A stretch of DNA of 64,000 nucleotides, taken from contig NC_043020.1 of assembly GCF_006345805.1 (NCBI RefSeq), positions 372,001 to 436,000 of the forward strand, given 5' to 3'. A program made the translations under genes and the position numbers. The notes under the pieces are model-generated. The model worked only from the letters and a program-made list of their open reading frames with translations. It did not search any database and had not been told where the DNA came from. Shown here in pieces: positions 24,794 through 38,079 of this stretch (the stretch's first letter is position 1; every line of letters begins with the position of its first letter). Origin of the DNA: Octopus sinensis. Lineage: Eukaryota.

Positions 24794-25575
24794 CTGTTAA
24801 AACCTAGATAATTAAGTTATTTTTTATTGAACTTACCTAGTCTGGGAACTTTTTGGTACCACCTTCTACTATACAAGTCATAAAACTCTTCTTACACACC
24901 CAGATTTCCAATAAACATCACTAAACAAGTCCTTAACTGTCCTTACATATTATTGTAAATCAACATCCTGTCTTTCTGTAATACAACACGTCCAGATTTC
25001 CACTACACTCCTCACAAAGATACCAGTCTGTTACAGGACACCAGCACTGTGATAAAAAGGCTACAGGCTTTGATGAAAGGGTGTGTGCTATTTTATTTAT
25101 GTCTTATCATTTATATTTTGCTCGAGTCATTGGGTTACAGCCATGCTGGGATGCAGCCTTGAAGGGATTAGTCAAACAGATGACTCCAGTAATTATTTCA
25201 AAGTCTGGTACTTAGTTACAGGGTTGTAAACCACCCAATACAGGCTGTCAAATGTTGAGAGGGAACACTCACATGAAGACGCATATATATAAATACAACA
25301 GGCTTCCACACAGTTTCCATCTACCAAATTCATTCACTTGGCGTTGGTCAACCTGAGATATAGTAGAAAACACTTACCCAAGGTGCCACAGAGATGGACT
25401 GAACCAGAGACCATATGGTTGCATAGTGAACTTCTTAACCACACAGCCTTGCCTTTTTTACTTTAGTGGTTCAATCCCTTCCGGGGGTGATCATGTCATT
25501 TATTCTTTTGGGGTCAATCAAATAAGTAGAACTTTTATACTGGGCTCAGTTCAGCTAACCACATTTATCTCTTAA

Positions 25576-25796
25576 CCCTTTCGATACCACCTGGCCAAAA
25601 CCGGCTCTGGCTCTGTAGTATAAATGTCTTGTTTTCATAAGCTTTTCATTAAAATATACCACCAAACCTTAGTCACAATTTATGTTCCTAACACTAGCTT
25701 AATGATAACTAAGTTATTTTACTAAGTTCTTTGTTATATTTACAATTAATTGAAAGAAACACAGAGCATCTCAAAATAAATACGCTAATGAAAGGG
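25576..25796 (+). mobile_element. TTAA MITE family 1 (221 bp)
   Basis: TTAA|CCCTTTCGATACC...GAAAGGG|TTAA, with the same internal sequence as 11973-12193. Confidence 0.9.
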
Positions 25797-26621
25797 TTAA
25801 AATGTATAAAGAATACAATTGGTGTGCATGTGAAGGGCAGAGTTTCAATTCCACCTAGAGTTTACAGTTAGCAAAAGCTATATACCTGGAGCAGAATATC
25901 CACAAGGTCTTGGAGTGTCCTGTTCCACCCTAGATGGCAGTTTCTACACTTTCAAAGGTGCCTTTTGTTTCTTTGACCAAAATTATATTCTTAAACTGTT
26001 TCCCATGTTGTTTTCCATACCAAAGTTTCCTTCAGCATTTATTCCTTGTATGATGAAAGGGAGCTGAGACTCCTGGTGGTTTGCTGTGCTTGGAAAGACG
26101 TGGTTGTTTTTGCATACAGGCTTGCCCCTCTGCAAACTTCTCCACTTGAGCATCCCTAATCTCTCATGGGCTCATAGGTGTTACTGCCACATAAAAAACA
26201 TCCATGATGGTACAGCATAAAACCCCCCAGCACACTCTGTAAAGTGGTTGGTGTTAGGAAGGGCGTCCAGCAATAGAAACCGTGCCAAAACAGACATGGG
26301 GCCTGAACAGCCATTCAGTTGGCCAACCCATGCCAGTATGGAAAATGATGACGACGATGATGATGATGTATACCAGAAAATGTTATGTAATCTGTCTGTA
26401 TAAAATATATTTGCATGTGAGGTCCCAGTCAAATTAGCATAATCAGTAGAGTAACGAACAAAATACCATGTGGTATTTAATTTCGTTTTCGTTATTTTCT
26501 TTAAACACATTTCGGTTCTAAATTCTGCTGAGGTCAGTTTTGCCTTCGACCTTCCTGGAGTTGATTAAATCAACTAATACCCTCCCTCCAGATTTCTGGC
26601 CTTATGCCTATGTTGGAAACA

Positions 26622-26658
<37 letters not shown>

Positions 26659-26659
<1 letters not shown>

Positions 26660-27043
26660 CTCTCTATATATAAACGGCAGTTTGTCTGTGTGTGTGTCTG
26701 TGTGTCTGTTAGGTTGTACCCTCACCCTGACCACGACTTTCAACCGATTCTGATGAAACTTGACACACACATAGCCCAATGTAATAATTCAAAACTAACG
26801 CAGCGAAAATTTTGAAAAGTTCCCCCAGTTCTGAAAAAAAATCGATAAATTCCACATGGGGTCGAGAATCAGAAACACAAACCACAGACTGTCTAGGGGA
26901 CGCAACTCGACATTTTTAACTCTCAAAAAAAATTTACCATCATTTTTTTTCCGTTTTTTTGCTATTTTTTGGCTATAACTCTCTAAAAATGCTTTATAGT
27001 TATTTCCCTTACAAACCCGAGCAACACCGGGTGATACTGCTAG
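26659..27043 (+). mobile_element. Non-autonomous Helitron (385 bp)
   Basis: 5' TC start (TCTCTCTATATATAAA), subterminal hairpin ACCCG-AGCAACAC-CGGGT at 27015-27032, and 3' CTAG end. It is inserted between A and T inside a (TTA)n tract with no TSD. Confidence 0.85.
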
Positions 27044-27432
27044 TTATTATATAAAAATAAATAGATAAATAATCTCCCACCCACCCCCCCCTTTGCCATC
27101 ACTACATCGTCATCATCATCATCATCATTATCATTATTTTTTCATTTGTCTGTGAAACCTGCTGGTTAGTAAATCTTGGTACAATGGTTAATGGTTATTA
27201 CTGTTTTATGATTGTGAAACGGATGTTTAAATTAGTAATCAAGGCTAATTAATGGTCTTTCTTCTTTAGCTATATTGGTATGAGTGAAGAAGTTGTTGTT
27301 GTGGTCTTTCGTTGTCTCTTTTCCTCTTCCTCTCTCTCTGTATCTCTCTTCACCTGCTTCCTTTCTTTATCTCTCTCTCTCTCTCCATCCCTTTCTATCT
27401 TTCCATTTTCTCCCTTTCTCCCCATGTATGTA

Positions 27433-27477
<45 letters not shown>

Positions 27478-27963
27478 CTATGTATGTATACATATGTATA
27501 TATGTGTGTATATATGTGTGTATATATGTGTGTCTATGATTGTATGTACGTCTGTCTTTCTCAATAATTCTCCATTTATAATTTTGTTTCTCTTTTGGTT
27601 TTCCTTCGCTGTATTTACTAATCTCTCCCTCCTTCCTTCCCTCCTCCCTCTCTCTCCCCCCTCTCTCTCCCCCTCCTCTCCTCCCCCCTCTCTCTCTCTC
27701 TCTCTTTCGCTATTTATTATCTATATTTCTCTCTCATGTGGTTTTATGGCTTTATCATATTGTCCCACTAACTCTCTATTTTTTTTGTTCTTTCTTTTGC
27801 TTGCTCTATAAATTTCTGCATCAAAATCTCGCCTTTCTTAATCTCAGTCGATCTTTTATTGTTCTTCTTCTTGTTGTTGTTCTTCTTTTCCTTCTTCTTC
27901 TTCTTCTTCTTCTTCTTCTTCTCCCCTCCCCGACTCAGACTTTGTCTCCCTTCTTTTTCCCTT

Positions 27964-28000
<37 letters not shown>

Positions 28001-28463
28001 AGCATCTTTATATTTCTGTATTGATCCATCACTCTCTCTCTCTCTCTCTCTCTCTTGCTATCTCTCTCTCTCTCTGTTTCTTGCTATCTCTCTCTCTCTC
28101 TCCTCTCTGTCTCTCACCTCTGTGTTTGCTCCACATAAACAATCATTGTTTCACAAAGATGAGGTCCGATGTGGGTGTCAGTGTCAGCGGGGGGGGGGCA
28201 GGGAAGTGGGGGGGGGGGGAGAAATGCAAGCTTTTGACCTTGACCCCCGTAGTGTTTCTGATGCCAACTTAATGATGTAGGACTAATTGTTTTGAGCCTA
28301 TCATCACAAGCGAGAGCACTTTTATCTAACTTATCCGCTTTCTTCTGTACTTTTCTTCAGACCAATAATTTGTCAATGTCATAACCCCCATCTCACTGTA
28401 GCCAGAAGCTGAGTGTGCGTCGGTGGTGGTAAACCTGATTAAGAAAGACAAATTGAGCAGGAA

Positions 28464-29054
28464 ACACACACCACACACACACACACATACACACACACAC
28501 GTACACACACACACGTACACACACATGTACACACTCACACACACGTACACACACACGTACACATACACACACGTACACACACACGTACACACACACACAC
28601 ACGTACACACACACGTACACACACACGCACACACACACGTACACACACACACGTACACACACACACACGTACACACACACACGTACACACACACAGTACA
28701 CAAACACACGTACACACACACGTACACACACACGTACACACACACACACACACGTACAAACAACAACGTACACACACACGTAACACACACACGTACACCA
28801 CACACGCACACACACGTACACACACACACCTACACACACACACGTACACGCACACGTACACACACAACACGTACACACACACCATACACACACACGTACA
28901 CACACACACGCACACACACACACACGTACACACACACGTACACACACACGTACACACATACACACACACACACGTACACACACACGTACACACACACACG
29001 TACACACACACACACGTACACACACACACGTACACACACACAGACACACACACA
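28464..29054. repeat. (CA)n array regularly punctuated by CGTA
   Basis: Units of (CA)3-7 followed by CGTA repeat for ~590 bp. Confidence 0.95.
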
Positions 29055-30357
29055 TGCTCCACTTTTTCCTTCTTTGTCTTCCTTTGGCGCACATATAGGA
29101 CGTATTAATAAAGTGGACGCTATCATACTTCCGTGTTTTAAGCCGGGGAAATTTTAATTAATTAAAGTTACGTCATTAGAGATGAGAAAGAATTTATTAA
29201 CTTAATGACTGATTCTGGTTAACAAAGGAAGCAGAAATAAATCCACAATTTGAAGTAATTAACTACGGAATAAAATTAGAAGGGACATGTGTCTGGTCTT
29301 TTGCAGTATGGTGGACAAGTCCAAACATATTTCAGTCTTATTAGATCTCATCATCAAAGTAAAGTTTAAGTGTAATTAGATCTTAAACTGAATAGATATA
29401 GACATTTTACTTCCTTTTTTTTTGTACCTGTTTTGGTCATACAATTGGGGCCATTTGGGGGCACCAACATGAAGGGTTTTTTATTGAATTAAACAACCCC
29501 GGTACTTCATAAGTATGATGCTTATTTTGTTATGTCTTGTTCAACTGCTGAGTTACAGGGACATAAACTGAATGACACTGGTTGTCACACGGTGGTGATG
29601 GTGGTGAGGAAAACACACACACACACACTCACACACGTGTACAAGAAGCTATTTCCATCTACCATTTTTGCTCACAAAGCATTGGTCACCTGAGGCTACA
29701 GTGGAACGCAAGGTGCTGTGCCATAGGACTGAACATGAAACCTCATGATTGTAAAGTGAGTTTCTTGATCACTCAGCCTTGCCTGTAAGATCTGTAGATT
29801 TTTCATGAAAGATTACAGAGTGGCCTGATTAAAGAATGATTGGAGAAAATCACTCAAAGATGCTTGTTGCACGTTGGGAAGTATATGTAAAAATATAGTG
29901 AATTCTAGTAAAATATTGGTCTCTGGTGGAACCTGTAAACAACAGTACCATTGTTCACGAAGTGTTTATACAAAAATGTTATATACATATATATATATGT
30001 ATATATATAAAAGTCACTCTGTGTTTTTGAAGAGCCACATTGAAGTTTAGCCACAAAGTTATTGGTACAAACCAAAATCTTGCAAACAAACTAATGCCCT
30101 GAAGAACTTGGCATCTGTTTTGCCTAATCTTCATGTTTGTGAAGAGGCTTTCTTTCTCCTCTTCTTTTTTTCTTTTTTCTTTCCTTTCTTTTCCTTTTCT
30201 TACTTTCCTTCTTTCCTTTTTTCTTTCCTTTTTCCTTTCTTTTTCTTCCTTTCTTTCTCTCTTCTTTTCCTTCCCTCTTGATCTCTCAAAATTTCTCCTT
30301 CATCCTCCTTTCTTTGCCTTTTCTTTCCTTTCTTATTCTTTTACCCCCCTCCTCCTC

Positions 30358-30431
<74 letters not shown>

Positions 30432-31491
30432 TTCTTTCTGTGCCTCTTTTTTTTTTTCCTTCTCCAGTACAATCGACCTTCCCTCGTTGCAGGAACCACA
30501 TATCTCATATAGGTTAAGATCAGAGTTGCTTTAGACCTTCAAAGCACAGTTCACAATAAAAGTAGGCCATTCTCTGCTGCAAAAGTCACCTCCTGCTTTA
30601 CAGAAGTTGACTTCAGCACAAATTCAATTACCATATCTTTTCACCATCACACCACACCGGTACCAGTTCTCCTCTTAGTTATTCTCTACATAACATTTAG
30701 TCTAACAAGATTTGCTGTGTCACTTAAGAACAACGAACAACCAACTGAACCGTTCTTCTTCTCAAAGATTATCTAATTCTGTTTGCTGTAGACATTGGTA
30801 ATACCAAACTCATTACTCATTCAGACCTCTCTATTTTGTTTCTTCATCTGAATGTAAAGTATGATATTATGCTAACCTCTGTTCTTCCACTCTGCACTCC
30901 ATCACTAAACCGCAAGACACGTACAAGGAAATATATTGCATTGCTGTTGTTCATTCTAAAATTTTTCCCCAAGAAAGACACCATTCCAATCCAAGTAATA
31001 TTGCAAGACACTCAGATTATTCCGTTGATAAATATATTTCTGTATTTGCTGACAGAAGTAGACTGATCATTGTCATCATCATCGTTGGTGGTGGTAGCAG
31101 CATCTGTGTAATTGGTGTAGTAATAATAATACTGATAATCCTTTCTACTATATTCACAAGGCCTGAAATTTTGTGGGAGGGGGCCAGTCGATTAGATTGA
31201 CCCTAGTATGCAACTGGTACTTAATTTAGCAATCCTGAAAGGTTGAAAGGCAAAATTGACCTCAGTGAAATAATAATAATAATGATGATGATAATAATAA
31301 TGGTTTCAAATTTTGGCACAACGCCAGCAATTTTGGGAGAGGAGAAATCGATTACACTTATTTTATCAACCCTGAAAGGTTGACAGGTAAGGTCAATGCC
31401 GGCAGTATTTGGTTTCTGATTTAAGCACAAAACCAGCTATTTAGAGGGGCATGGGTGCCATCAAACTCAGTGCTTGACTGATATTTTATAT

Positions 31492-31723
31492 TTATTTCTT
31501 TATTGCCCACAGTGGGCTAAACATAGAGGGGACAAACAAGGACAGAGAAAGGGATTGAGTTGATTACATTGACTCCAGTGCGTAACTGGTATTTATTTAA
31601 TCGACCCCGAAAGGATGAAAGGCAAAGTCGACCTCAGCAGAATTTGAACTCAGAACATAGCGGCAGACGAAATACCGCTAAGCATTTCACACGGTGTGCT
31701 AATGATTCTGCCAACTTGCCGCC
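31492..31723 (-). mobile_element. Full-length family-B SINE within a cluster of older relatives (31140-32178)
   Basis: Reverse complement of 19567-19799. Confidence 0.88.
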
Positions 31724-32235
31724 CTAATATTTTTAATATTATTGACCCTAAAAGAATAAAAGGTAACATTGACTTCAGCAGGATTTGAACTTTGGATATA
31801 AGGAACTGGAACAACAGATACCACAAGGTATTCTGATGTGCTAATGAATCTGCCAGGTGACTACCTTAATAATGATAATAATAACCGTTTCATATTTTGG
31901 CACAAGGCTGCAATTTTAGAGAGGGAGGAATTTGTTGATTACATCAACTCCAGTAATTGATTGGTACATTATTTGATCAGTCCCCAAAGGGTGAAACGCA
32001 AAGGTAAACTCAGCAGTTCTTCAAGCTCTTTATGTTCTGAATTCAAATTCTGTCAAGGTAGACTTTGCCTTTTATCTTTATGGGGTCAATGAAAATATGT
32101 ACCAGTTGAGCACTGTGCTTGATATAAATGACTACTCCCTTCCCCAAAATTTCAAGCCTTGTGTCTAAAGTAGAAAGGATTGTTGTTATTATTATTATTA
32201 TTATTATTATTAGAAAGTATTGTTGTTATTATTAC

Positions 32236-32525
32236 TGTCACTTTCATTTATGCTTTTGCCCTGGAAGATGTTTTACTGACACCATACCAAAAGGGCAAAC
32301 CATATCAAATGGCCAAAGGTCCTTTGAGTCATTCCTTCTCCATCTTCTTTACACCTTTAGAATCCTTGCTGTTCCTAACAAGTCTGTTTTCTGCCGTTTC
32401 CCCATTCTGATGGTAATTCCTAGCCTCTCAAGCCATGCACCCACCCTTTTACTAATTGCTCCCAGAGCACCAACCACAACTGATATCACTTCTACATGCC
32501 TTTTTCTCCATAGTTACCTTATTGC
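32236..32525 (-). pseudogene. 5'-truncated R4/Dong-like non-LTR retrotransposon 3' end
   Basis: The minus frame 32513->32349 reads LWRKRHVEVISVVVGALGAISKRVGAWLERLGITIRMGKRQKTDLLGTARILKV*. This matches the C-terminal restriction-like-endonuclease pattern (VVxGALG...QKxxLLGTARIL). It is flanked by (TTA)n on both sides. Confidence 0.82.
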
Positions 32526-32539
32526 TATTATTATTATTA

Positions 32540-32573
<34 letters not shown>

Positions 32574-34183
32574 CATTATTTGTTTGTTTATTTGTTTATT
32601 TATTACTATTACCAAAGTGTATTGTCAGCGTTGTTTCTAAAGACATTCTCTGAGACCCATCAATGATTGTGGTTATTGTGTTTTAAAACCATTCACTATT
32701 TTTTCTAATTGAAGTTCACATTTCATTCACAGCCTCCACCAATAAACAGTCTGTCTTATTTTCTCTCAATAACCTTTGCTCCAATCTGAATATCTTTTGC
32801 ATATGATAAATGCTGCATATTTATTTATTTATCCTCTTTCTGCGTCTGTGTGTGTGTGTGTTTCTCTTTATTTTATTTTTATGTCTCTGAATGACAGACA
32901 GAATGTTCAGCTGAGAAGATAAAAAAGAAAAAATTGGTAAAATGTATTGGAAAAGTTTTTTTTCCTTTTTTTCTTTTCCCCTCCTTCTATAAAACTAACG
33001 GGCATTTTCTTTTTGTTCAAAGCAAAACACTCAGAAATATCCACATTTGACAGACGGCAGTCATTATTTCAGCTAATGTGTCAGGACATCATCTAAAACT
33101 GATTTCATATTTGTCTATTTAAATGAGAATGTTTTCACATTTCAGAAGACAAAAAAAAAGAAAGTGTCCCCCCCCCATTTCCACCACCACCACCACCCTT
33201 CCCCCCCACCCCAACCTGCCCTTACTTAAACTTGCAACAATTGAAATTCCGAAAAATTCTCTGAGAGCATTTAGTTGTGATTCGGCTATTCTTCAACACC
33301 TGTCACTATTGAATTCTTCCCATCATAAATATATTTATTTATTCCACTTTTCATTGTTCTACTGGTTTCACTCATTGGAATGCGGCCATGCTGGGGCACC
33401 AGCTCCCATATTTTGTTTGCAGGAGCTTCGCTGCTTATCAATAAAGCAAAGCAGCTAAGGAAACAATAAACACATGTAGAAAATTCTAGCGCCATTGTTA
33501 AGTATTTATTGAAGCAAACTTGGCAAATGACAGCCGAGGTGTTATGCTGTTGAATAACATGAATAACTAACTACGAGATGTTGAGCTTATAAAAGACCTA
33601 CATTTTAGAAATCCTTTAGATTCATCATCATCATCAACATAATCAGTTTAGCGTCCACTTTTCCATGTTCGCATGGGTCAGACAGAATTTTTGTTGAGGT
33701 AAGTTTTGTATGGCCTGATGCCTTCCCTGTCACCAACCCTCACCTGTTTCCAGATACAGTAATATTTCCCCATAACCAAGATGTATTTTCATGAAAGATT
33801 GGAAGCAAAGGAAACTGCTTGCCTGGACAGTGACACTTGTTCACAACTATCACATGAGGCCAAGGCAAGTAGGCAGTAACAAACATCCCAAATCTATCTA
33901 TCTATCTCTCTCTCTCTTTCTCTCTCTCTCTCCCTCCCTATATATATATGTGTGTGTGTGTGTGTGTACTCTCTTTACTCTCTTTTACTTGTTTCAGTCA
34001 TTTGACTGCAGCCATGCTGGAGCACCGCCTTTAATCCAGCAACTCAACCCCGGGACTTATTCTTTGTAAGCCCACTGCTTATTCTATCGGTCTCTTTTGC
34101 CAAGCCTCTAAGTGACGGGGACATAAACACACCAGCATCGGTTGTCAAGCAATGCTAGGGGGATCATCATCATCTTTGTTTAA

Positions 34184-34405
34184 CCCTTTAGTGTTCGCAT
34201 TATTCTGCCAAAATTAATCCTTTTTTTATCCAAATTGTTTTGAACTAATCATGCATTATCTTGGAGCTATGAGATTTTGATGAGATAGCTGTTAATTTTT
34301 AAAACGACATTGTAGGGCTGGTGTAAGAAACCAGATCTGACCAATTTGAACATAGAACATGCAGAATACTTTTGGCCGGATATGGCTGGTTTAAATGCTA
34401 AAGAG
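34184..34405 (-). mobile_element. TTAA MITE family 2, inserted in the TTAA of an RTE-type tail
   Basis: GTTTAA|CCCTTTAG...ATGCTAAAGAG|TTAACGTCCG. The uninterrupted GTTTAACGTCCG site is seen at ~16091 and ~37043. Confidence 0.88.
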
Positions 34406-36000
34406 TTAACGTCCGTTTTCCATGCTAGCATGGGTTATGCAGACAACATGCTTCATACATTCTTCATAGGTTTTGTAGAGGTAGATCTTCTACGGTCAAG
34501 GGCCCTTCCTACCGTCCATCACCCTTCATCTGTTTCCAAACAAGGCAATAATTCCCATGGCCAGACATGTTCCCCATGGAAAACTGTTAACAAGCAACAC
34601 CTCTTGTATGACAGTGCTGCCTGTTTACAGCCATCATGTGATGTCAGCATAGGGGTATACATGCATGCATGCATATGTATGTATGCATACACACACACAC
34701 ACACAGATGATGATGATGATGACAGTGAACTTCTTTCCGCTTTCTTCTACCTAATCCACTCTTAAGGCTTTAGTCGGCCCTGGGCTATAAGTAGATGACT
34801 GTGAGACTGAATTCAAGATGACACAGTTGGGAAGCAAGTTTCCCCACAACACAGTTATGCCTGCATGGCAAATATGAAATTTCCTATCGTTAGGAAGAAA
34901 ATATAATTGCTATAATTGAACCATTACAATTTACCGGTCCTTCTTGTATTGACTTCGAAAGACAACAGAACAACAGACACCCTTGTCATAATTAAATTCA
35001 GAAAAGAAACATAATACCATAGCTATGAAATGTGGCTTTCTCTCACGTAACATGAAGTCTATTTCAATAATAATGTGCGTTTACGACAGAGGTTTTGTGA
35101 GTTTACTTGTGTTATGTATTAAATAATGCAAAACTTATGTCACATTTTTCTCTGCATCCTTTCCTATTAAAAATTTATACAATTATATTAAATATCGGAC
35201 TGAAGAGGGTTTTGGTAAACAAATGTCTAGAAGGGGTCAAGACATTTCAAGATGATTATACAGCCAAAGAAACTAATTGATATTGTAATGACGATTCTAT
35301 ATAAACAGAAATACGAGTTAATTTATAAATAATGCAAGCAAAGAAGAGAGGACCTATAACAATTGAAAGTGTTTTGGTGTTGGAATTCTTTGAGATTTAG
35401 AAATAATTTCGTCTGTTGCTAATAGCAATATATAAGCATTAGGCTATTGTTTTTTTTTTCTGTATCTTTACTAACAAGTGTTTTAGAAATTTGCAGTAAT
35501 TTAAAAAAAAACTATCTTCACTTTTTTTTTTTTTTTTTTTTTTTTAATTATCATCTGATAGAATAAATCCCGTTTTTCACTTTCTTCTTTTACTTTCATT
35601 TTACTTGTTATCAAAAGGAAACCTGATATTAAAGAGATGTAAATATATTCCTGTATCTTATAGTGTCTTATTGCCGGCGGCATCATTCTGAAATGTCTTG
35701 ATATATTACTGATTTCTATTGCTGTCATGCTAGCTAGACAGTAACAGAAGTAAATATTTGTCAAAACCGAATTTACCCGAAATTGATGTCATTAACCTAA
35801 AGAACAATCAGTCTATCATTATGGCGTAGTTTCATATTCAACAGATCTCTAATTCTCAAAATTCTACGTAGCTCAGTGCCTCTGTTCGCTGAACGAAATC
35901 TTACAAGTGCTCCCATCCCTGAGTTCTACTTATCTTTTATCTCTGTCTTTTACTCGTGTCAGTCATGGGACCAATGTTGTGCTGCAATGCCACCTCGAAG

Positions 36001-36147
36001 GGTTTTGGGCCACGCTGTAAAGTGGTTGAGGGTTTTGGGCCACACTGTAAAGTGGTTGAGGGTTTTGGGCCACACTGTGAAGTGGTTGAGGGTTTTTGGC
36101 CACACTGTAAAGTGGTTGAGGGTTTTGGGCCACACTGTAAAGTGGTT
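36001..36147. repeat. 30-bp tandem repeat, ~5 copies
   Basis: GGTTTTGGGCCACACTGTAAAGTGGTTGAG at 36001, 36031, 36061, 36091 and 36121. Confidence 0.97.
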
Positions 36148-37020
36148 GGTGTTTGGAAGGGCATCCAGCTGTAAAAACCATGCTAAAACAGACGGGGAAG
36201 TCAGGTACTATTCTACTGCCTAGCCAGCCCCTGTCAAACCATCCAACCCATGCCAGCATGGAAAACATATGTTAAATGATGAAGATGATATCTACCCCCA
36301 GTACTTATTTTTTAAGTTTGGTGCTTCTGTTGGTCTCCTTTGCTGAACTGCTACTTTATGGGGTTGTAAACAAAGGAACAAGTGATAGTAGGACAAACAC
36401 AGAAACACACACACACACACACACACTTCTGTATATTTTTACACAAAATGTACCTCCACACAGTTGCTATCCACCAAATCCATCCACAAGTCATTGGGCA
36501 GCCTTGGGTTATAGTAAAAGGAAGACAGTTGCTCAAAACAACCATTGCAAACCAAGCTTCTAACCACATAGCCGTGTCTGCACCTATTACACACATACAA
36601 AAAATTTAAAAGATTGTAAAAAAAAGAAGCTGATTTTGTACATTCTATTTGTCATTCATGTTTCTGCTGTCTAATAACACTCACACAGAGTTATTTTCTT
36701 CTTGGAAATGTGTTTAAATTATGAATACTGGAGCATGATTGATTGTTTTATGCATGGAATAAGTAATACTCTGCTTCATTGAGATATAGGTGTATATATA
36801 TTGAAGATGGAATTAAGTAACAGAAGCTAAAACAATATTGAAATAAAAGAAACATTTTCATAGATCAAAACACACATTAATTTTTAACTATTTTTATTTC
36901 AATATACAACATTATGTACAATAAACTAAGCACAGGAATTTTTGACAATCAGTCTCCTGGGTATACAATAATTTTAGTGAATTTTACATTTTATAATTCA
37001 GATGCCAGTGAGAGCTTCTT

Positions 37021-37500
37021 CATCATCATCATCATCATCATCGTTTAACGTCCGCTTTCCATGCTAGCATGGGTTGGACGGTTCAACTGGGGTCTGGGAA
37101 GCCAGGAGGCTGCACCAGGCTCCAGTCTGATCTGGCAGTGTTTCTACAGCTGGATGCCCTTCCTAACACCAACCATAAGTTTAGTGAATGTTACATTTTG
37201 TAATTCAGATGCCAGTGAGAGCCTCTTCATCATCATCATCATCGTTTAACGTCTGCTTTCCATGCTAGCATAGGTTGGACGGTTGCACCAGGCCCAGTCT
37301 GATCTGGTAGTGTTTCTACAGCTGGATTGCCCTTCCTAACGCCAACCACTCCATGAGTGTAGTGGGTGCTTTTTATGTGCCACTGGCACGGAGGCCAGTC
37401 GGGGCGGCGCTGGCAATGGCCACGTTTGGTTGGTTCTCTTACATGCCACCGGCACTGGTATCACAACTACAATTTCCATTGATTTTGATCGATTTCGATT
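37021..37500 (-). mobile_element. Two RTE-type 3' ends separated by a duplicated flank
   Basis: (CAT)n GTTTAACGTC tails at 37021 and 37228. Confidence 0.82.
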
Positions 37501-38079
37501 GGTTATAGTAAATTGACTTGGAACTAAAGAAAATGCTTGATGGCCACCCTCCAACTCTACTGGGAGCAACATACAGCTGATTGCATGTTAAGACATTAGT
37601 TGTATTGTAAACCTTGTAACTTGTTAAAATTAAATGGGGGGGAAAATGGTGTGGTTGTGTGGTAAGAAGCTTCTTTCCCAACTATATGGTTCCAGGCTCA
37701 GTCCCACTGCATGGCACCTTGGGCAAGTGTCTTCTACTATAGCTGGTATAATTGAGACGTTACCTGTAATTCAAAAGGACCAACTGTTTCACATTCTGTG
37801 TCAGGGTGTACATGTCTGTGGAGTACTCAGCCACTTGATTGCTAAGTTCATTAGTGGGTTGTTCTGTCGATCAGATCAAATGGAACTTTCGTCATCATAA
37901 CCGATGAAGTCTCAGTTTTTTTTTGTTTTGTTACTTTGTATTTTATTCAAGACTAGATGGAGTCAGGTACTGAGATGTTTCTTAAATATATTTAGTTACT
38001 TAGTCTTTGTTCTGTTTAAGGGTACTAAATTACTATATCCTCATTGAAGACTGCTTTGGTGTCTATTATAGGTTGTCAC

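Noticed and set aside
28397-28434. Minus-strand 38-nt exon candidate after TTGTCTTTCTTAATCAG
   Set aside because: The donor is weak, the length is frame-shifting, and there is no homology.
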